DNA of 64,000 nucleotides from Reclinomonas americana ATCC 50394 (taxonomy: Eukaryota). Every line of letters starts with the position of its first letter. The first letter of the stretch is position 1. The stretch lies in the NCBI GenBank assembly GCA_048213135.1, contig PS015014.1, positions 122,973 to 186,972 on the forward strand, read 5' to 3'. Below, in pieces: positions 26,186 to 38,984 of this stretch. The notes under the pieces were generated by a model, which ran no database searches, was not told where the DNA came from, and saw only the letters and a list, made by a program, of their open reading frames with translations. The position numbers were made by a program, and so were the translations under genes.

Positions 26186-27280
26186 TCATTGCTTCTGCGC
26201 CACCGCCGACAATGAGCGTGCGAGGGAGGCGGAGCACACCAGCAGCTGGCCCGACGGTAATATGTGCTGCACGGCAGTGGTGATGACTTCCGGCTTGAGC
26301 AGGAACTGCAACAACAGACACATTGGAGTGACCGACGGACGCAGACTGCACGTCGGTGTACCACACACCTCCTTGGGAGTGGAGAACACATTCGCCGACT
26401 TGAACACATCGCAGAGCACAAACACAAGCGTCTCCAGCGCATGCGACGCCAGCAGCACACTGTCCTCGTCTCGAATCACCACCGACAACAGGCAACTGCA
26501 GCTCTCCGACAGTGAGAGGCCACCAAACACAAAGCACACTACACACAGAAGCATCGCGGCGCAACTTGCCCACGAGTTTCCACTTGCACAAGCGAGGCGG
26601 ATGCGAGTAGAACTCATCGTCGAGCGCCACCAGTCCCTCATCACTGATGAGCAAGAGAATGAGCTCCTTTCCTTTCTCCTTCTACTTCTCCTTCTCTCAC
26701 GCAACACATTCTCCATCACAGGCTTGATCGCACTGGGCAGGCCGGCGGCCAAGTACGATCTTCGCTCACTCTCCGACATGATCAATGCACCCTCGGCACA
26801 CTCTCGCCGAAACTCAAAGTCGGCATGCACTCGTCGACACAAGTACTGTGTTCTCTCCTGTGCAAACNNNNNNNNNNNNNNNNNNNNNNNNNNNNNNNNN
26901 NNNNNNNNNNNNNNNNNNNNNNNNNNNNNNNNNNNNNNNNNNNNNNNNNNNNNNNNNNNNNNNNNNNNNNNNNNNNNNNNNNNNNNNNNNNNNNNNNNNN
27001 NNNNNNNNNNNNNNNNNNNNNNNNNNNNNNNNNNNNNNNNNNNNNNNNNNNNNNNNNNNNNNNNNNNNNNNNNNNNNNNNNNNNNNNNNNNNNNNNNNNN
27101 NNNNNNNNNNNNNNNNNNNNNNNNNNNNNNNNNNNNNNNNNNNNNNNNNNNNNNNNNNNNNNNNNNNNNGAGGAAGAGAGAGACCTTTTTCCGATCATCA
27201 CTGCTCTCCTCGGAAAAGTGCTCACAGTAGAAGGGTGTGAGTGTAAAGTCAATGCTCTGGATCAGCAGGCAGTCGGCCAT
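26186..27280 (-). CDS. AP5S1: AP-5 complex sigma subunit-like
   Basis: MADCLLIQS...FY...F, EDSVLLASHAL and FLLKPEVITTAVQHILPSGQLL, matching the E(N)..LA / LL....I..LP.GQLL signature. Confidence 0.75.
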   Translation of the reverse strand: MADCLLIQSIDFTLTPFYCEHFSEESSDDRKKVSLFLXXXXXXXXXXXXXXXXXXXXXXXXXXXXXXXXXXXXXXXXXXXXXXXXXXXXXXXXXXXXXXXXXXXXXXXXXXXXXXXXXXXXXXXXXXXXXXXXXXXXXFAQERTQYLCRRVHADFEFRRECAEGALIMSESERRSYLAAGLPSAIKPVMENVLRERRRSRRRKERSSFSCSSVMRDWWRSTMSSTRIRLACASGNSWASCAAMLLCVVCFVFGGLSLSESCSCLLSVVIRDEDSVLLASHALETLVFVLCDVFKSANVFSTPKEVCGTPTCSLRPSVTPMCLLLQFLLKPEVITTAVQHILPSGQLLVCSASLARSLSAVAQKQ

Positions 27281-27346
27281 GTCTCCGCCACTGCAGCTTC
27301 TGTGTCAGTTGATTGCAACTCTGTGCTGCCTGACATATTGATTTCA

Positions 27347-29836
27347 ATGAGCGAGGGAGGCCGAGAGGAGGCCCTTGTGCCTCCTTCATTCCCGCCTCCT
27401 CCTCCTCCTCCGCGTGCACGTCCCACGCACGCACCTCCGCCTCCGCCTCCACCACGTCGCACGGGACCTGCACCAGACATGCAGACTCCTCCGCGACAGC
27501 CTCCTCCGCCTCCTCCGCGTCGTCGTCCGCCACTCTCCGAGACCACTCTTGTGCCTCTGTCGCCCACACCACCACCATTGCCAGAGAGCGACAGTAAGCC
27601 ACGAGTGGATGCAGCAGCAGCAGATGATGATGATTTGTCGCCACTGGAGGACGCGCGCATTCAGGTGGTGGTGGCGGTGGCGCAGTCGGTGCCGGCGCCT
27701 GCTGTGCCACTGCCGCCACCGCGNNNNNNNNNNNNNNNNNNNNNNNNNNNNNNNNNNNNNNNNNNNNNNNNNNNNNNNNNNNNNNNNNNNNNNNNNNNNN
27801 NNNNNNNNNNNNNNNNNNNNNNNNNNNNNNNNNNNNNNNNNNNNNNNNNNNNNNNNNNNNNNNNNNNNNNNNNNNNNNNNNNNNNNNNNNNNNNNNNNNN
27901 NNNNNNNNNNNNNNNNNNNNNNNNNNNNNNNNNNNNNNNNNNNNNNNNNNNNNNNNNNNNNNNNNNNNNNNNNNNNNNNNNNNNNNNNNNNNNNNNNNNN
28001 NNNNNNNNNNNNNNNNNNNNNNNNNNNNNNNNNNNNNNNNNNNNNNNNNNNNNNNNNNNNNNNNNNNNNNNNNNNNNNNNNNNNNNNNNNNNNNNNNNNN
28101 NNNNNNNNNNNNNNNNNNNNNNNNNNNNNNNNNNNNNNNNNNNNNNNNNNNNNNNNNNNNNNNNNNNNNNNNNNNNNNNNNNNNNNNNNNNNNNNNNNNN
28201 NNNNNNNNNNNNNNNNNNNNNNNNNNNNNNNNNNNNNNNNNNNNNNNNNNNNNNNNNNNNNNNNNNNNNNNNNNNNNNNNNNNNNNNNNNNNNNNNNNNN
28301 NNNNNNNNNNNNNNNNNNNNNNNNNNNNNNNNNNNNNNNNNNNNNNNNNNNNNNNNNNNNNNNNNNNNNNNNNNNNNNNNNNNNNNNNNNNNNNNNNNNN
28401 NNNNNNNNNNNNNNNNNNNNNNNNNNNNNNNNNNNNNNNNNNNNNNNNNNNNNNNNNNNNNNNNNNNNNNNNNNNNNNNNNNNNNNNNNNNNNNNNNNNN
28501 NNNNNNNNNNNNNNNNNNNNNNNNNNNNNNNNNNNNNNNNNNNNNNNNNNNNNNNNNNNNNNNNNNNNNNACGACCGCGGAGTCACTCGGGAGGAGCATC
28601 GAGTGGGCTGGCCACGGCGGCCTCGGTCGGTTTGTGGGGAGCGCAGTCGCAACAGCAGCAGCAACGCCGTACGGTGCAAGCGGGATTGGCGGCGGCGCAG
28701 TCGGTGACGCTCGTCTCTTCGTCGTCGTGGTCGTCGTCACCGTCACCGTCGAGCCCGGCGCCAGCAGCAGCTGCTGCTCCTTCTCCTCCTGCATCGTCGT
28801 CGTCGTCGTCGTCTGCGCCCACGACGGCGTCGTTGTATCGGCTGTTGATGGGCCGCGTGTCGTTGGATGCACAGCTCGACCGCGAGTTCAGCCAGTACCG
28901 CTCGGAGTTGGCCGTGCCGCGCTTCTGCTGCGCGCTCTGCTCCGAGTTGGTGGATCGCGGTGCGCGTGTACCTCATTCTTCCGCGCCCGTTTCTGTTCTC
29001 ATTGCGCTGCGCAGTAATGTACAACAACAAGCTGGGTTGGGCGGCGCAACCCGACGAGGTTGCACTGCGTGCCTCTCTCAAGGCACTGGAGCAGTACTGC
29101 AACAGCGCCGGCCCCGGCCAACTCGTGCTCTGGGCACCCTTCATGCGGGCGCAACGCGACAGCGGTCTCATCTCGCTCTTCCAGCACTACCTCGTTGCGC
29201 TCGTCCTCTTCCCCTCCCTCCGCATTCCGTCGCCATTTGTTTCCACTCAGCACTGTGTGCAGGCCAATCTGCCGAAACCGCTCCTCGGCCAGTTCAATGA
29301 GAGCGAGTGGCGTGCGGCGACCAGCGGAGATCGTCTGCGCGAGTTCCTCGAGGACAGCCTGCCTGCCTCCTCATTAGCGCTGTTGTGTGTCATTGCACAC
29401 TTGGCGGCCATGGTGGAGGCCGTGAATCGGAGGAGAAGGCGTGAGGAGGTGGCGGAGGGCTCGGGAGTGGCGGCCGTGGCCAATTGGTGCGGAAATCGAA
29501 ATGTTTGACTTTTTTTGTTGTCGTCTGTCTCCTCATGCGTCGTGCACGTGCAGCCTTGGCACGCATTTGTTCCACACCATGAAGGATTCGTCGGCGAGTT
29601 CAGCGTCCCGCGCAGTGCGCTTCACGCGAGTTCTACTCGAACGGCTGCCAGCCGTGTTGCCGACTGCCTACGACATTGTGGTGATGCGCCGCATGCCCTC
29701 GCATCACATTTCGGTGTTGCAATCGTCAACACATCCGTCTGCGTCCGCATCGTCTGTCGCCGACGCACCAGCGTCGCGCATTTCATCTGCCGAATCCTTC
29801 ATACAGGGTCGCGAGCCACCAGCACCACTGCTTTAA
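27347..29836 (+). CDS. Proline-rich protein with a degenerate RhoGAP-like C-terminal domain; gapped
   Basis: PolyPro N-terminus, then VPRFCCALC, SLFQHYL|ANLPKPLL and LPASSLALLCVIAHLAAMV. Confidence 0.5.
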
Positions 29837-29901
29837 TCCACCATGTCTCCACTAATGTATGCTCATCTTCCCGACATTCAAAAGTCGATCACTGTCAAAG
29901 A

Positions 29902-32537
29902 TTAGCGTGGATTTGAGTACTCGGTTGCAGAATGCGTGCGGAATGGGAACTCACCAGCAATCGGCCACATGTACTTGTTGGTGTCGTTGACCACAAAGTA
30001 CTTCTTCTTGTCGACCCACTCGATTGTGTCACCTGTGCACGGCAGTACCGATTGAGCACCAACACACCACAGTGCCACGGTTATGCATACGCACTCTCCA
30101 GCAAGCACTCAAACACGATCATGCGGTGCTCCTTGTCGGTGTATCCGATGCTGACCGAAGCGTTCAGCGCAAAGTAATCGCTGCGGCAACGATTTACATT
30201 GTGAGCGCGGGGGAGTGTGCGGCTGGCATGCAGACAAAAGGTGGCAATGCGCACCCCTCGCCGTACGCCTTGCGCCTGCGCTTCTCAGAGTTGAAGCCTC
30301 CACTCAAGATCAGTGGCACAACCTGGCCTTTGGTTCCGTGGAATGCCAGCTGCTGGATAATCGGTCCTGCACGAATGAAACTCCAGCGTGTCAGGTCTCG
30401 TCGATTCTGCCACAATCTCCCTCTCTCACACACACACAGCGAGCGACTCACGTCCACCCACGGCGGCGCGCATCTCCGCCACGACCTCGTCGTGACGCTG
30501 GCGCGTCGAGGTGCTCCACACGACCATGGTGATTGCACGAATGTTCCGCGGCTTGCCGTTGATCCAGTCGGGATCCGCCAACCACCGGTTACGAATGCCC
30601 ATCTCGACTTCAGGCAGGCACACGTCAGGTCGCTCTGCCGCGCGTACTCCCTGCGCCTCGAGTTCCGCTGCAATCGCATCCAGGTCTGCCCTCCCACACG
30701 CAGCGTGTCAGTATCGCACCTGCACTGCTGAACGAAAAGTCGACTCACCAAAGCGCACCACTTTCCGCACTTCTTCCGCAAAGTCCAGCGCGGCCTGTCG
30801 CAACCCCGGCGCGTGTGAGGACAATGAGCGAGGCAACCGGCAGCACGATGGTAAACTCACCTCCATTACGCCCCCGTCCACTGCGGTGACTGAAACACAC
30901 TTGCCGCAAATGTATTCGGGCAGACCTTCCGTGCTGAGCTTTTCACGGTAGAGCGCAATTCCTGCCTCTCGCGATTGCTGTTGACACGACAGTGTGAGCA
31001 TTGTTTTTGCACGACCCCACTGCAGACAACGCGAGTGCACGCACCGCATTGAGACGCACACGACGCACAGCTCGCACACCACCCTCCAGCTCGAGCACTG
31101 TACGGAAGGGAGAAAAGTCAGCGTCGACCGACGCCCCAAACCCCGACTGTGCCCACGCAACAGTAAGCGTAGTTTCCGTCGTGCAGCTCGCCGCAGTTCT
31201 TGCGGAACGTAATGGACGGATACGTCCGGAGCCTGCAGTCGCATCCAGTCAGCGAACGAAGAAGAGGAAGAACCAACAGCAACGCACGATTGGAACTCGG
31301 CATCCGACTGCAGCGTCGCGGGACTGACTCGGTAGTGGGGTGGACCGAAGAGAGTCGGTGGACCAGCATCGTCGAACTCGTCGTGTTCCACGGCTCGACT
31401 GTGGCTGCTCGATCTGCGATCGTCGGAGCTGAAGCGGTTGCCGACCGAAGAGGCGGCCGAGCTGCCGGCAACCGACAGTCGACCGGCGGCCGATGGCGCC
31501 TGCTACCACACCGAGTGAGTGGTCTCGATGGAAACAACACCATCTCCTCCCGCATCTCTCTCACCTCGGCTGCAACGTCGAATAGACTGGTGGCCACCGA
31601 GGACCCAGCGTAGCGACCGGTGGAGGCCGGGTGAGGTGGCGCGACAACGAATCCCTGGTGCATGTTTGCATGCGTGGCCACCAGCAGCGGCGGCTGTGGC
31701 GGCGGTGGCACCATTCCATGGTGCACGTAATGACCTGTTGCGACACTGTACGTGCGCATGTGTGCATGAGTCTCGAGCGGAGGCAGCGACGGTTCCGAAC
31801 GGTGCGAATGGAGCACGGGCTGATAAGAAGGAGGGGGGTGGTGGTGGTGGTGGTGCGCAGCCGGTGGCGAAGGCTGTGCGGCGCGTGGCTTGGGCGGCGG
31901 CCGTGACTCGACCATTGCTTGCACCGTGGCCCGCACATCTCGCGGTTCGTGCTCCCGATCGCGGGCGTCGTACGCGCAAATCGCATCATTGAGAGCCGTG
32001 TACAGCTGCGACGCCGAGGCCTCGCGTGGAGGCGACCGGCAGCCTGTGTATTTGAGCACGCCTTTCAGCGCCCGCAACAGAGAGAGAGAGAGCAGAGAGA
32101 GGGGCATGCGCAGACACACGCAACGAAGAGGCTCCCAGGCGGCACGAGTGCACCGTGTCTGTGACCACCACTTGAAGAACATGGTGTAGGCCAGCACCAG
32201 CTTGCCCTGGTCCTCTTGGCTGAGCATCGCGCGCTCTTTGCAGATGCCACGCAACAGCTCAACCGTGACCTTTTCCTCGTGCCACAGTCGGACGTCGTCC
32301 GCCGATGGACGCGAGTGGTCACGCATGTATGCTTCCACTGTGTGTGATGAGAGGGAAGAGGGTGTGTGTTGTGAGCGCGAACGCATTGGTGTGTGTGTGA
32401 GAGAGAGAGAGGATGAGAGCGCAACATGTGCTCTGCATTTGGTCGATGACATCGCTGCAGAGGTCGGGAATCCCCATGTTCATGAATTCCCGGGTGTTGT
32501 TCACCAGCCGGTGGAGCCGCACCGAGTCGTCGGCCAT
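29902..32537 (-). CDS. Protein with a C-terminal PARP-like ADP-ribosyltransferase catalytic domain
   Basis: LAFHGT...ILSGGF...KAYGEG|DYFALNASVSIGY...MIVFECL...YFVVNDTNKYMWP. Linked by plausible exons to an upstream helical and Pro/His-rich region. Confidence 0.7.
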
Positions 32538-32691
32538 CTCTCTCTTTCTCTTTCTTTCGTTCGCAAGTCGTCGTGTCCTTCTTGTCCGCCGGGTTTCGTG
32601 TTTAGTTGTCTGATTTAAGGAAATCCTTCGCGAGCGTCCATGATGGTCGTGGCGTGTGCACTGCATGCATGCGGGATTCGTCTCTGTAGCG

Positions 32692-34230
32692 CTAGCGAAC
32701 AACCATCTCATCCTTCACTTGGTCTTTTTCCTCTTCATGATCTAAATGGTCTCCGTGCTGCACTCGGCCACCACTGGCATGGACTGCGATGAAGCACGTG
32801 GGGTGAGCATGCGATGACGTTCGTCTCTTTGTCCTCGTCGCGCTGTGCAACGCAACAACAAGTGTCCGTGTCTCCGGTCGCAGCATGCGCAGCCAGGTAA
32901 AGACAATGTCGTCGGGCGCAAAAACTTGAGCCATCCACTGCACAGTCGCGATCGGGGAGGAGGAGCGGCAGTCAGAGACACACTGACACCAATGTGGCGA
33001 GGGAGCTCGGGTCGGCAACGAAACCTCTTCGTGGCTGATCTTGCCGTCTTTGTTCGTATCCAGCTGCGGAAAAAGTCAAGCACGTGAGAGAGCGCAGCGG
33101 TTCGCGTGCGGGTGGCGGAGAGCCTGCAGTCACGCACTCGATGGAACAGGCGGTCGACGACCTCTCTGATGGACTCCTCCAGAGCACGTTCTCGCATCTG
33201 CACGCGTGAACAAATCAATGTTTGTCGATCGACATTGGAAGCGGTGATACATGTCAAAGCAAACCTTCACGACTTCGCGTGGCGACAAAGTTCCGAGCAG
33301 CAGCTCGTCCATGGAGTCGTGGACATCGGCCCAGCCGACAGCCTGCAACGTGCAACCGGTCAGCCTCATCGACATCACAGAAAAGTTACTCTTCGATTTT
33401 CATGCCTGCTGTTTTCCCATCAAGAGCGACGCCGCTGCGACCTGTGCACGACGCGCGTTGAGAGTCTGTCGCATACGCGCAGTACGCTTCTGTATCTCTC
33501 GACTCTACCTCGCCAGCGACATATGCTCGGATGATGTTGTAGGCCTCTTTCTGCACGTGTGAAAGACATGAGTTGTCGCGAGCATTCTCGTTTCTTCAAG
33601 GCTGTCGTACCTGCGTGATCACGCCATCGTGATTGACATCAAAGATCCTGTTGGTATAGAGCCATGTCAGTCGCCATCACACACGTGGCATCGTGTTGCT
33701 GCTGCTGCGACGATGTGCACACCGAAAGGTAATCTCCAGTTTCTCCTCCATTGTTCCATGACCGACCGTCACCGCCTGACACGCGAGGAATTCATCCAGG
33801 TCCAGCGCCCCGCTGCGAATCGCATCAGGTTATCCCGATGCACTGCAGAGATCCCTCCTATCGTGGTGGACGCACCTGTGATCAATGTCGATGGCGTCAA
33901 ACAGCCGCTCAAAAATGCACTGCAATGAATATGGTCAGCGTGTCGTCGCCGTCGATGTTCGTCTGCACACACATGAATCATATGCACATACCACTGTGTC
34001 ATGCGTGCAGTACGGCAGCAACTTTAGTGCCTCCAGGTACTGAGCCTTGGCAATCAGCAATTCACCCGTCGCTGGAGAGGGCGTTGCAAGTTCCGCAAAA
34101 GCGTGCTTCTGTTGAAATGATGATAATGATGATGATGACGATGATGGTGTTGAGGATCAGCTCTTCACGCGATCACAACAACACGCACACAACGCACCTG
34201 CTCCTCAAGCTCTCGGGCTTCGGAAGAGAA
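32692..34230 (-). CDS. NCS/recoverin- or calcineurin-B-like EF-hand protein; 5' end near gap
   Basis: RLFDAIDIDH|SGALDLDEF...GTMEEKLEITFR|IFDVNHDGVIT...VDRLF..LDTNKDGKISHEE. Confidence 0.7.
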
Positions 34231-34644
34231 CACGAGGCAGCGCAAATTCGGTCAGCACACCGATCGCGATCCACGCGGACGCACACACACATACACACAC
34301 NNNNNNNNNNNNNNNNNNNNATCCTAACTCGTGCACAGAAGGCGCATTATTGTTCCTCACCGAAGAATTTCGACTGCACAGTTTCGCGATCAATGTGGTG
34401 CCCTTTGCCGGCGTGGTTGCCCATCGATTATGTCTCCCTCTGTAGTGACACACACTCTCTCTCGCTCCCTTTCTCCGTCACTTGTGCTTCCGACCGCGTA
34501 TTACGAATTCTCTCGCACAATCAAAGAAATGGACAAGTTCGATTTGTCCCAAATTTCGGTTCGATATCTCGGTTTTTTCCAGTTCTCCGCCTATTTCTTC
34601 GTTTACGATCGGTGGGCGCGCGCAGAGACTGCCAAGGTTCACAG

Positions 34645-36443
34645 ATGGGCAACACACTTCCACTCGCCGCCGACAAGGGCGCACAGGATCAGCACGGTGA
34701 AGTCACATTCTCTCGACTCGACGATCGCATTGCAGTTGTTCCTGAGGTGTGTTTCGGGGTGTTGCTCGCTCTCTCCCTCGCTCCCTCCCTCTCTTTTCTC
34801 ACCATCGCACGCATGTCTGTGGCGCAGTTCGACGAGGGTCTCTTGGAGGTGGATGTGGAGGGCAGCAATGGTGTTCCGCTGCAAGAGCTGAACCGCCAGC
34901 GCCACGGCCATCGGCAACGATCGCAGCTGTCGGCACTGCCGACACCATCGGCGCGGCCGCTTCTGCTCCACAGTGAATCGGTGGATTCACCGGCGGGGGG
35001 AGAGGCAGCAGCCGAGGTGGGGTACGCCGGGGAGGGCGAAGACGGGCCAGAGACCGAGTCGTTGCGAGAGCAACATCTGCAGCTGGCGGGCGCCGAACCC
35101 GCGGCCATGAGTCCGGGATTCCTGCGTGTCGCTGGTCGTCTGCCTCCGAGCTCCATGCCAGCGCCGGCGCCCAAGCGAACGCGACCAGTGATGACCGAGT
35201 TGATCGATGTCATGGACACGAGTCACGATGAGGAGATTGCTCGCCGCCTGCAGATGCAAATGGAGGCCGAGGGCGACAGTGCGGTCGATGGTGCGCGTGA
35301 CTTTTGTCGGTTCCACATTTTGTTGTTGTCGTCGTGAGCCTCACATGCATCGTTTGCACATGTACAGCTGCACTGGCGGAAGCCACACGACGCCACGAGC
35401 AAGAGCTTGCCGACGAAGAGATGGCACGCCAACTGTTTGCCATGGAACAGCAGCGAGTTGCGTTTACTCTCCCTCCCTCTCTCTTCCCCTCTTTGTGGCT
35501 GATCTTGTTTTTTTTTTTTTTTTGCTTCTGCAGCTGGCTCGTCGTCACGTACCACCCTCCGGTATCGTCCCTCCCTCGCCCTCGATGGCCAGCGGTCCCG
35601 TGCGCTCCGTGCTGCGTCGAAGCACTGCGCAGAGTGCGGCGGGTCGCGAGCGACGTGTCGCAGTGGCATTCGACGTCAGTGTCGACAGCCCGTCGTCCAC
35701 CACCTTCTCGTCGCCCGCCAGCGCCGCCGCCGACGCCGAAGCCTTCGGCAACGAACTGGATCTCACGCCGCTGTCGCCCTCCACTCCCAACTACGGTCCT
35801 TCTCGTCGGCGGATGCAGCAGCAGTTGTCGCGCACGCAGTACCACCAATCAACCGGCTCTGTGATGGAGCAGATGTATGGCGGTGCGCCAGTGGCGAGCC
35901 CCAGCCAGTACGCCGCACAGCCGGAGGAGCTGCGAGTCAGCATCGCTGCATTGGACATTTTCCCCACATTCGAGTACGAGTCGCCGGCGAACGGGCCGCG
36001 CGACGAGTGCATGTGCTCCATTTGCCAGTGCGATTTTGAGGCGGGCGAAAAGCTGCGCGTGTTGCCCTGCCTGCATCGCTTCCACGTCGGATGTGTGGAC
36101 GATTGGATGCGTCGCGGTCATTTCACGTGCCCCATGTGCAAGTACGAGTTGTTGCAGCATGTGCCCAAGTTGCGTCTCCCCCTTCCCCTCCCTCTCTCCT
36201 CCCTCTCACACACTGCAGCTCGCTCACACGTCGCCCCCCAACAGGAGCATGCAACAACGTGCGGGATCTGGCCCTGTTCCCGCTCAGCAGCAGTCGTCCC
36301 ATGGCCATCGCAGCCACCGCAGTGGCAGCTCGCGATCGGGATCGAGCCGACGCCACTCGCATCGCCATGAACGGGAGCACAGACACGGAAGTGATAGAGC
36401 TACTGCCGCTGCCGTTGACATGCATCGCTTGCGGCAGCCATAG
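34645..36443 (+). CDS. RING-H2 E3 ubiquitin ligase with ubiquitin-binding-like motifs and an MG start
   Basis: CSICQCDFEAGEKLRVLPCLHRFHVGCVDDWMRRGHFTCPMC, plus DEEIARRLQ and DEEMARQL (MIU/UIM-like) and an MGNT start. Confidence 0.85.
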
Positions 36444-36574
36444 AAAAAGAAGAAAATAATACATGACAGTGGTGGATTTTGCCGGATATCTCTGAAATGC
36501 ACCACACACAAAAACCCGGACAACACGACCACAGTCGTGGTTGGATTCGAACCAAAAGCACAACACAGTCCGCC

Positions 36575-37721
36575 ATGGAGCCAACACAACCTGCTCTCAG
36601 CAATTTGTGCGACCACGTGCACGTCAGCAGCAAAGAGATATGGCAGGGAATCGCCCATATCGGACGCTGTGTTGTCAATGCCACCACCAACACCACGCGT
36701 ACGAGTTTCGAATTCGTGCGCGTCAGTCACACCGTACGACCTCCTGTCGTCGAGACCACAGCCGCCGCCGCGACAGCAACCGCAGTGGCGACGCAGTCGG
36801 CACCGGCAGCCGTGGAATTGTGTTCAACCGCAACAACAGCAGCCGAGGAGTCGTTGTTCTCCGCCGGATCGCCGCTTGTCGCACTGGGCGTGCTCACCGC
36901 GCTGTTGGCGCTCCTGGTCCTCATCATGTTCTATCAAAAGTGGCGCGAGGAACGCAGCCGTCGAGTCTTCGGTGCAGGAGACGTGATGAGTCGTCCTCCC
37001 GAGCCCGAGTACAACCACCACCACTATCAACCTCCTCCGCAGCAGTATCGCGATCGTGCTGCAGCTGCGCACATGCATGCTCCGGATCCAGTAATTGCCC
37101 CACAGATGAAGAAGGTGCTCATGGTCCTTCCCGGCTCACTTCAGGTTCGTGTGTGCGTGTACCTGGCCGGAGGTGCGGTGATCGTGACTGATTTTGGTTT
37201 TCGATTTGCAGAGTCCGAGCTGGGCCTCGATCATCCACACGGGTCGCACCATGGACTTTGACGTGCGTTTGGTGGGTGGTGGAGGCCGGCATTACGAGTA
37301 CAACTCCAGAGACTTGCTGGTCGCCGACGCAGCGATCTGCATGCTTCGCATTGACCATCGAATGCATGAGAACAACATGCAGTCCATGATTGACGCGGCC
37401 CTTCTTGACTCGGGTGAGTCACGACAACTCTTCGCTCGATCGCTCGCAAGCACACAATTCTCACTGCGTCATTTTGCAGCCGCAGTGCCGCTGCACAAGC
37501 AGTACATGGTCATGTGCACGCCACAGACGGCGCCAATGTTGGACGACTACGGGTTGCGAACCATGCTCGGCGACCTGCTTGCCAAGAGGGGAGGATTGAG
37601 GAAGAACGTGCTCCGGCTGGTGTTCAACGACTGCATGCTGATGCAAGGCGAGAAGCTCGTTCCCGATGCACAAGTGCGAGACATGTTCAGCTTTATCAGA
37701 GACGCAGAGCATCTTCAATGA
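36575..37721 (+). CDS. Single-pass membrane protein with an uncharacterised cytoplasmic alpha/beta domain
   Basis: T/A-rich stalk, TM LVALGVLTALLALLVLIMFY followed by KWREERSRR, and two GT-AG introns. Confidence 0.65.
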
Positions 37722-38784
37722 AAAAAGCAATCTGTCGCCAACAATCATCCGACACAGACAACTTGCCGCCGCCGCGAGTTGAGCCGACCACAACATGGCA
37801 CACGCCGCGCACGTGCAAAGCATGCAAGTCGCGCTCTATCGCCTCCTGCAGGCCCAGTCTGTCCACGTCGCCAGCAGTGTCTGGAATGCAGCAGACCACA
37901 CGGGTTGTTTGCGGCTGGATTCCTGCATGCCACACGCACGATGATGAATGCATTAGTTGTCTTCACCTAACAAAAAGAGTGTGGCATGCACAAGCTGCAA
38001 ACCATGATGCCGGCGCAGGCGATCGATTACTGGTAACAGTTCCGCAGCTGGGCGGGAGCCTCGACCATCGGCCAACCAAAAGAGCACAAGGTGATCATCT
38101 GCTTCTTCAGTGGTCTGCTCGGTTACCCGAGGTCGCTCCTTCTCGCCCTCCTCGACATGGTCAGTTACGCACGTCTCGAGGGATTCCCGAGCACGCTCCT
38201 TCTTGTCCTCCTCGACGTGGTCAGTCACGCTCGTCTCCAAGGCCTCCCGAGGCCGCTTCCACTCGTCCTCCTCAGCATGGTCAGTCACGCACGTCTGCAC
38301 GGCCTCCCGTGCCCGCTCCTCCTTGGAATTGTCGAGCCAGCGAACTCGAGAGGTCGGCACCTTTCTGCGTTGCAAGAAGTGCTCCCATCGTCTTTCTGCC
38401 TTTTTTGCACGAAAGCAAGGTGCCTGTGCGAATGCACATCAGCGTCACGGACAGGTTGGAGAGAGAGAGAGAGAGAGAGTGGAAGTGGTGAGACGCACCA
38501 GCCGATCGTGTTGCACAAGCACGTTGATCACAGTACGAGTGCGCTCAACGACGTCGACCACTGGCAACTCTACATCCCGATCTGGCTCATGACTGTGATC
38601 GGGGGCCACGCTATGTGAGATGCTCAACTTGCCAAACTGCTCGGTGAGATTGCGCATGTCGACAGTGGAGGGTTGCTTGCGCTCGCGCCCAGCCTGGCAG
38701 TACGTGTCGTAAGTGAGATTGCACCGAATTCATCACATCATCAACTTCACCAACCTCGTCGTGCTTCGCTGTACGGTTCCCCAT
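37696..38784 (-). CDS. Hypothetical protein (MGNRTA start) with three 20-aa repeats
   Basis: Exon chain with repeats ER[A/P]RE[A/S]LETCVTDHVEE and a C-terminal alpha/beta-like domain ending AFFIEDALRL. Confidence 0.5.
38128..38322. repeat. 60-bp coding tandem repeat, about 3.2 copies
   Basis: cctcctc..cr tggtcagtyacgcwcgtct recurs every 60 nt. Confidence 0.85.
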
Positions 38785-38984
38785 CGTGTGTGGTATGCTG
38801 CGCACTTGCTGCGTCAACTCGGTGCGAATGGTGCGTTTCGGATCACCGCGTGGTGTGATCCGCCGGATTTGAAATACACCATGTCCGAAATCAGTTGACA
38901 ATATCTGCCTGGTCGATTTCCGTTCAGTCACGCACATTTCTCCTTCCTTCTCGGAGCGCAGACAAACAATCTCACCAGTAAGCC

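Noticed and set aside
26825-29300. Very long ORFs in the track (730, 641, 476 aa)
   Set aside because: They are inflated by N runs translated as X.
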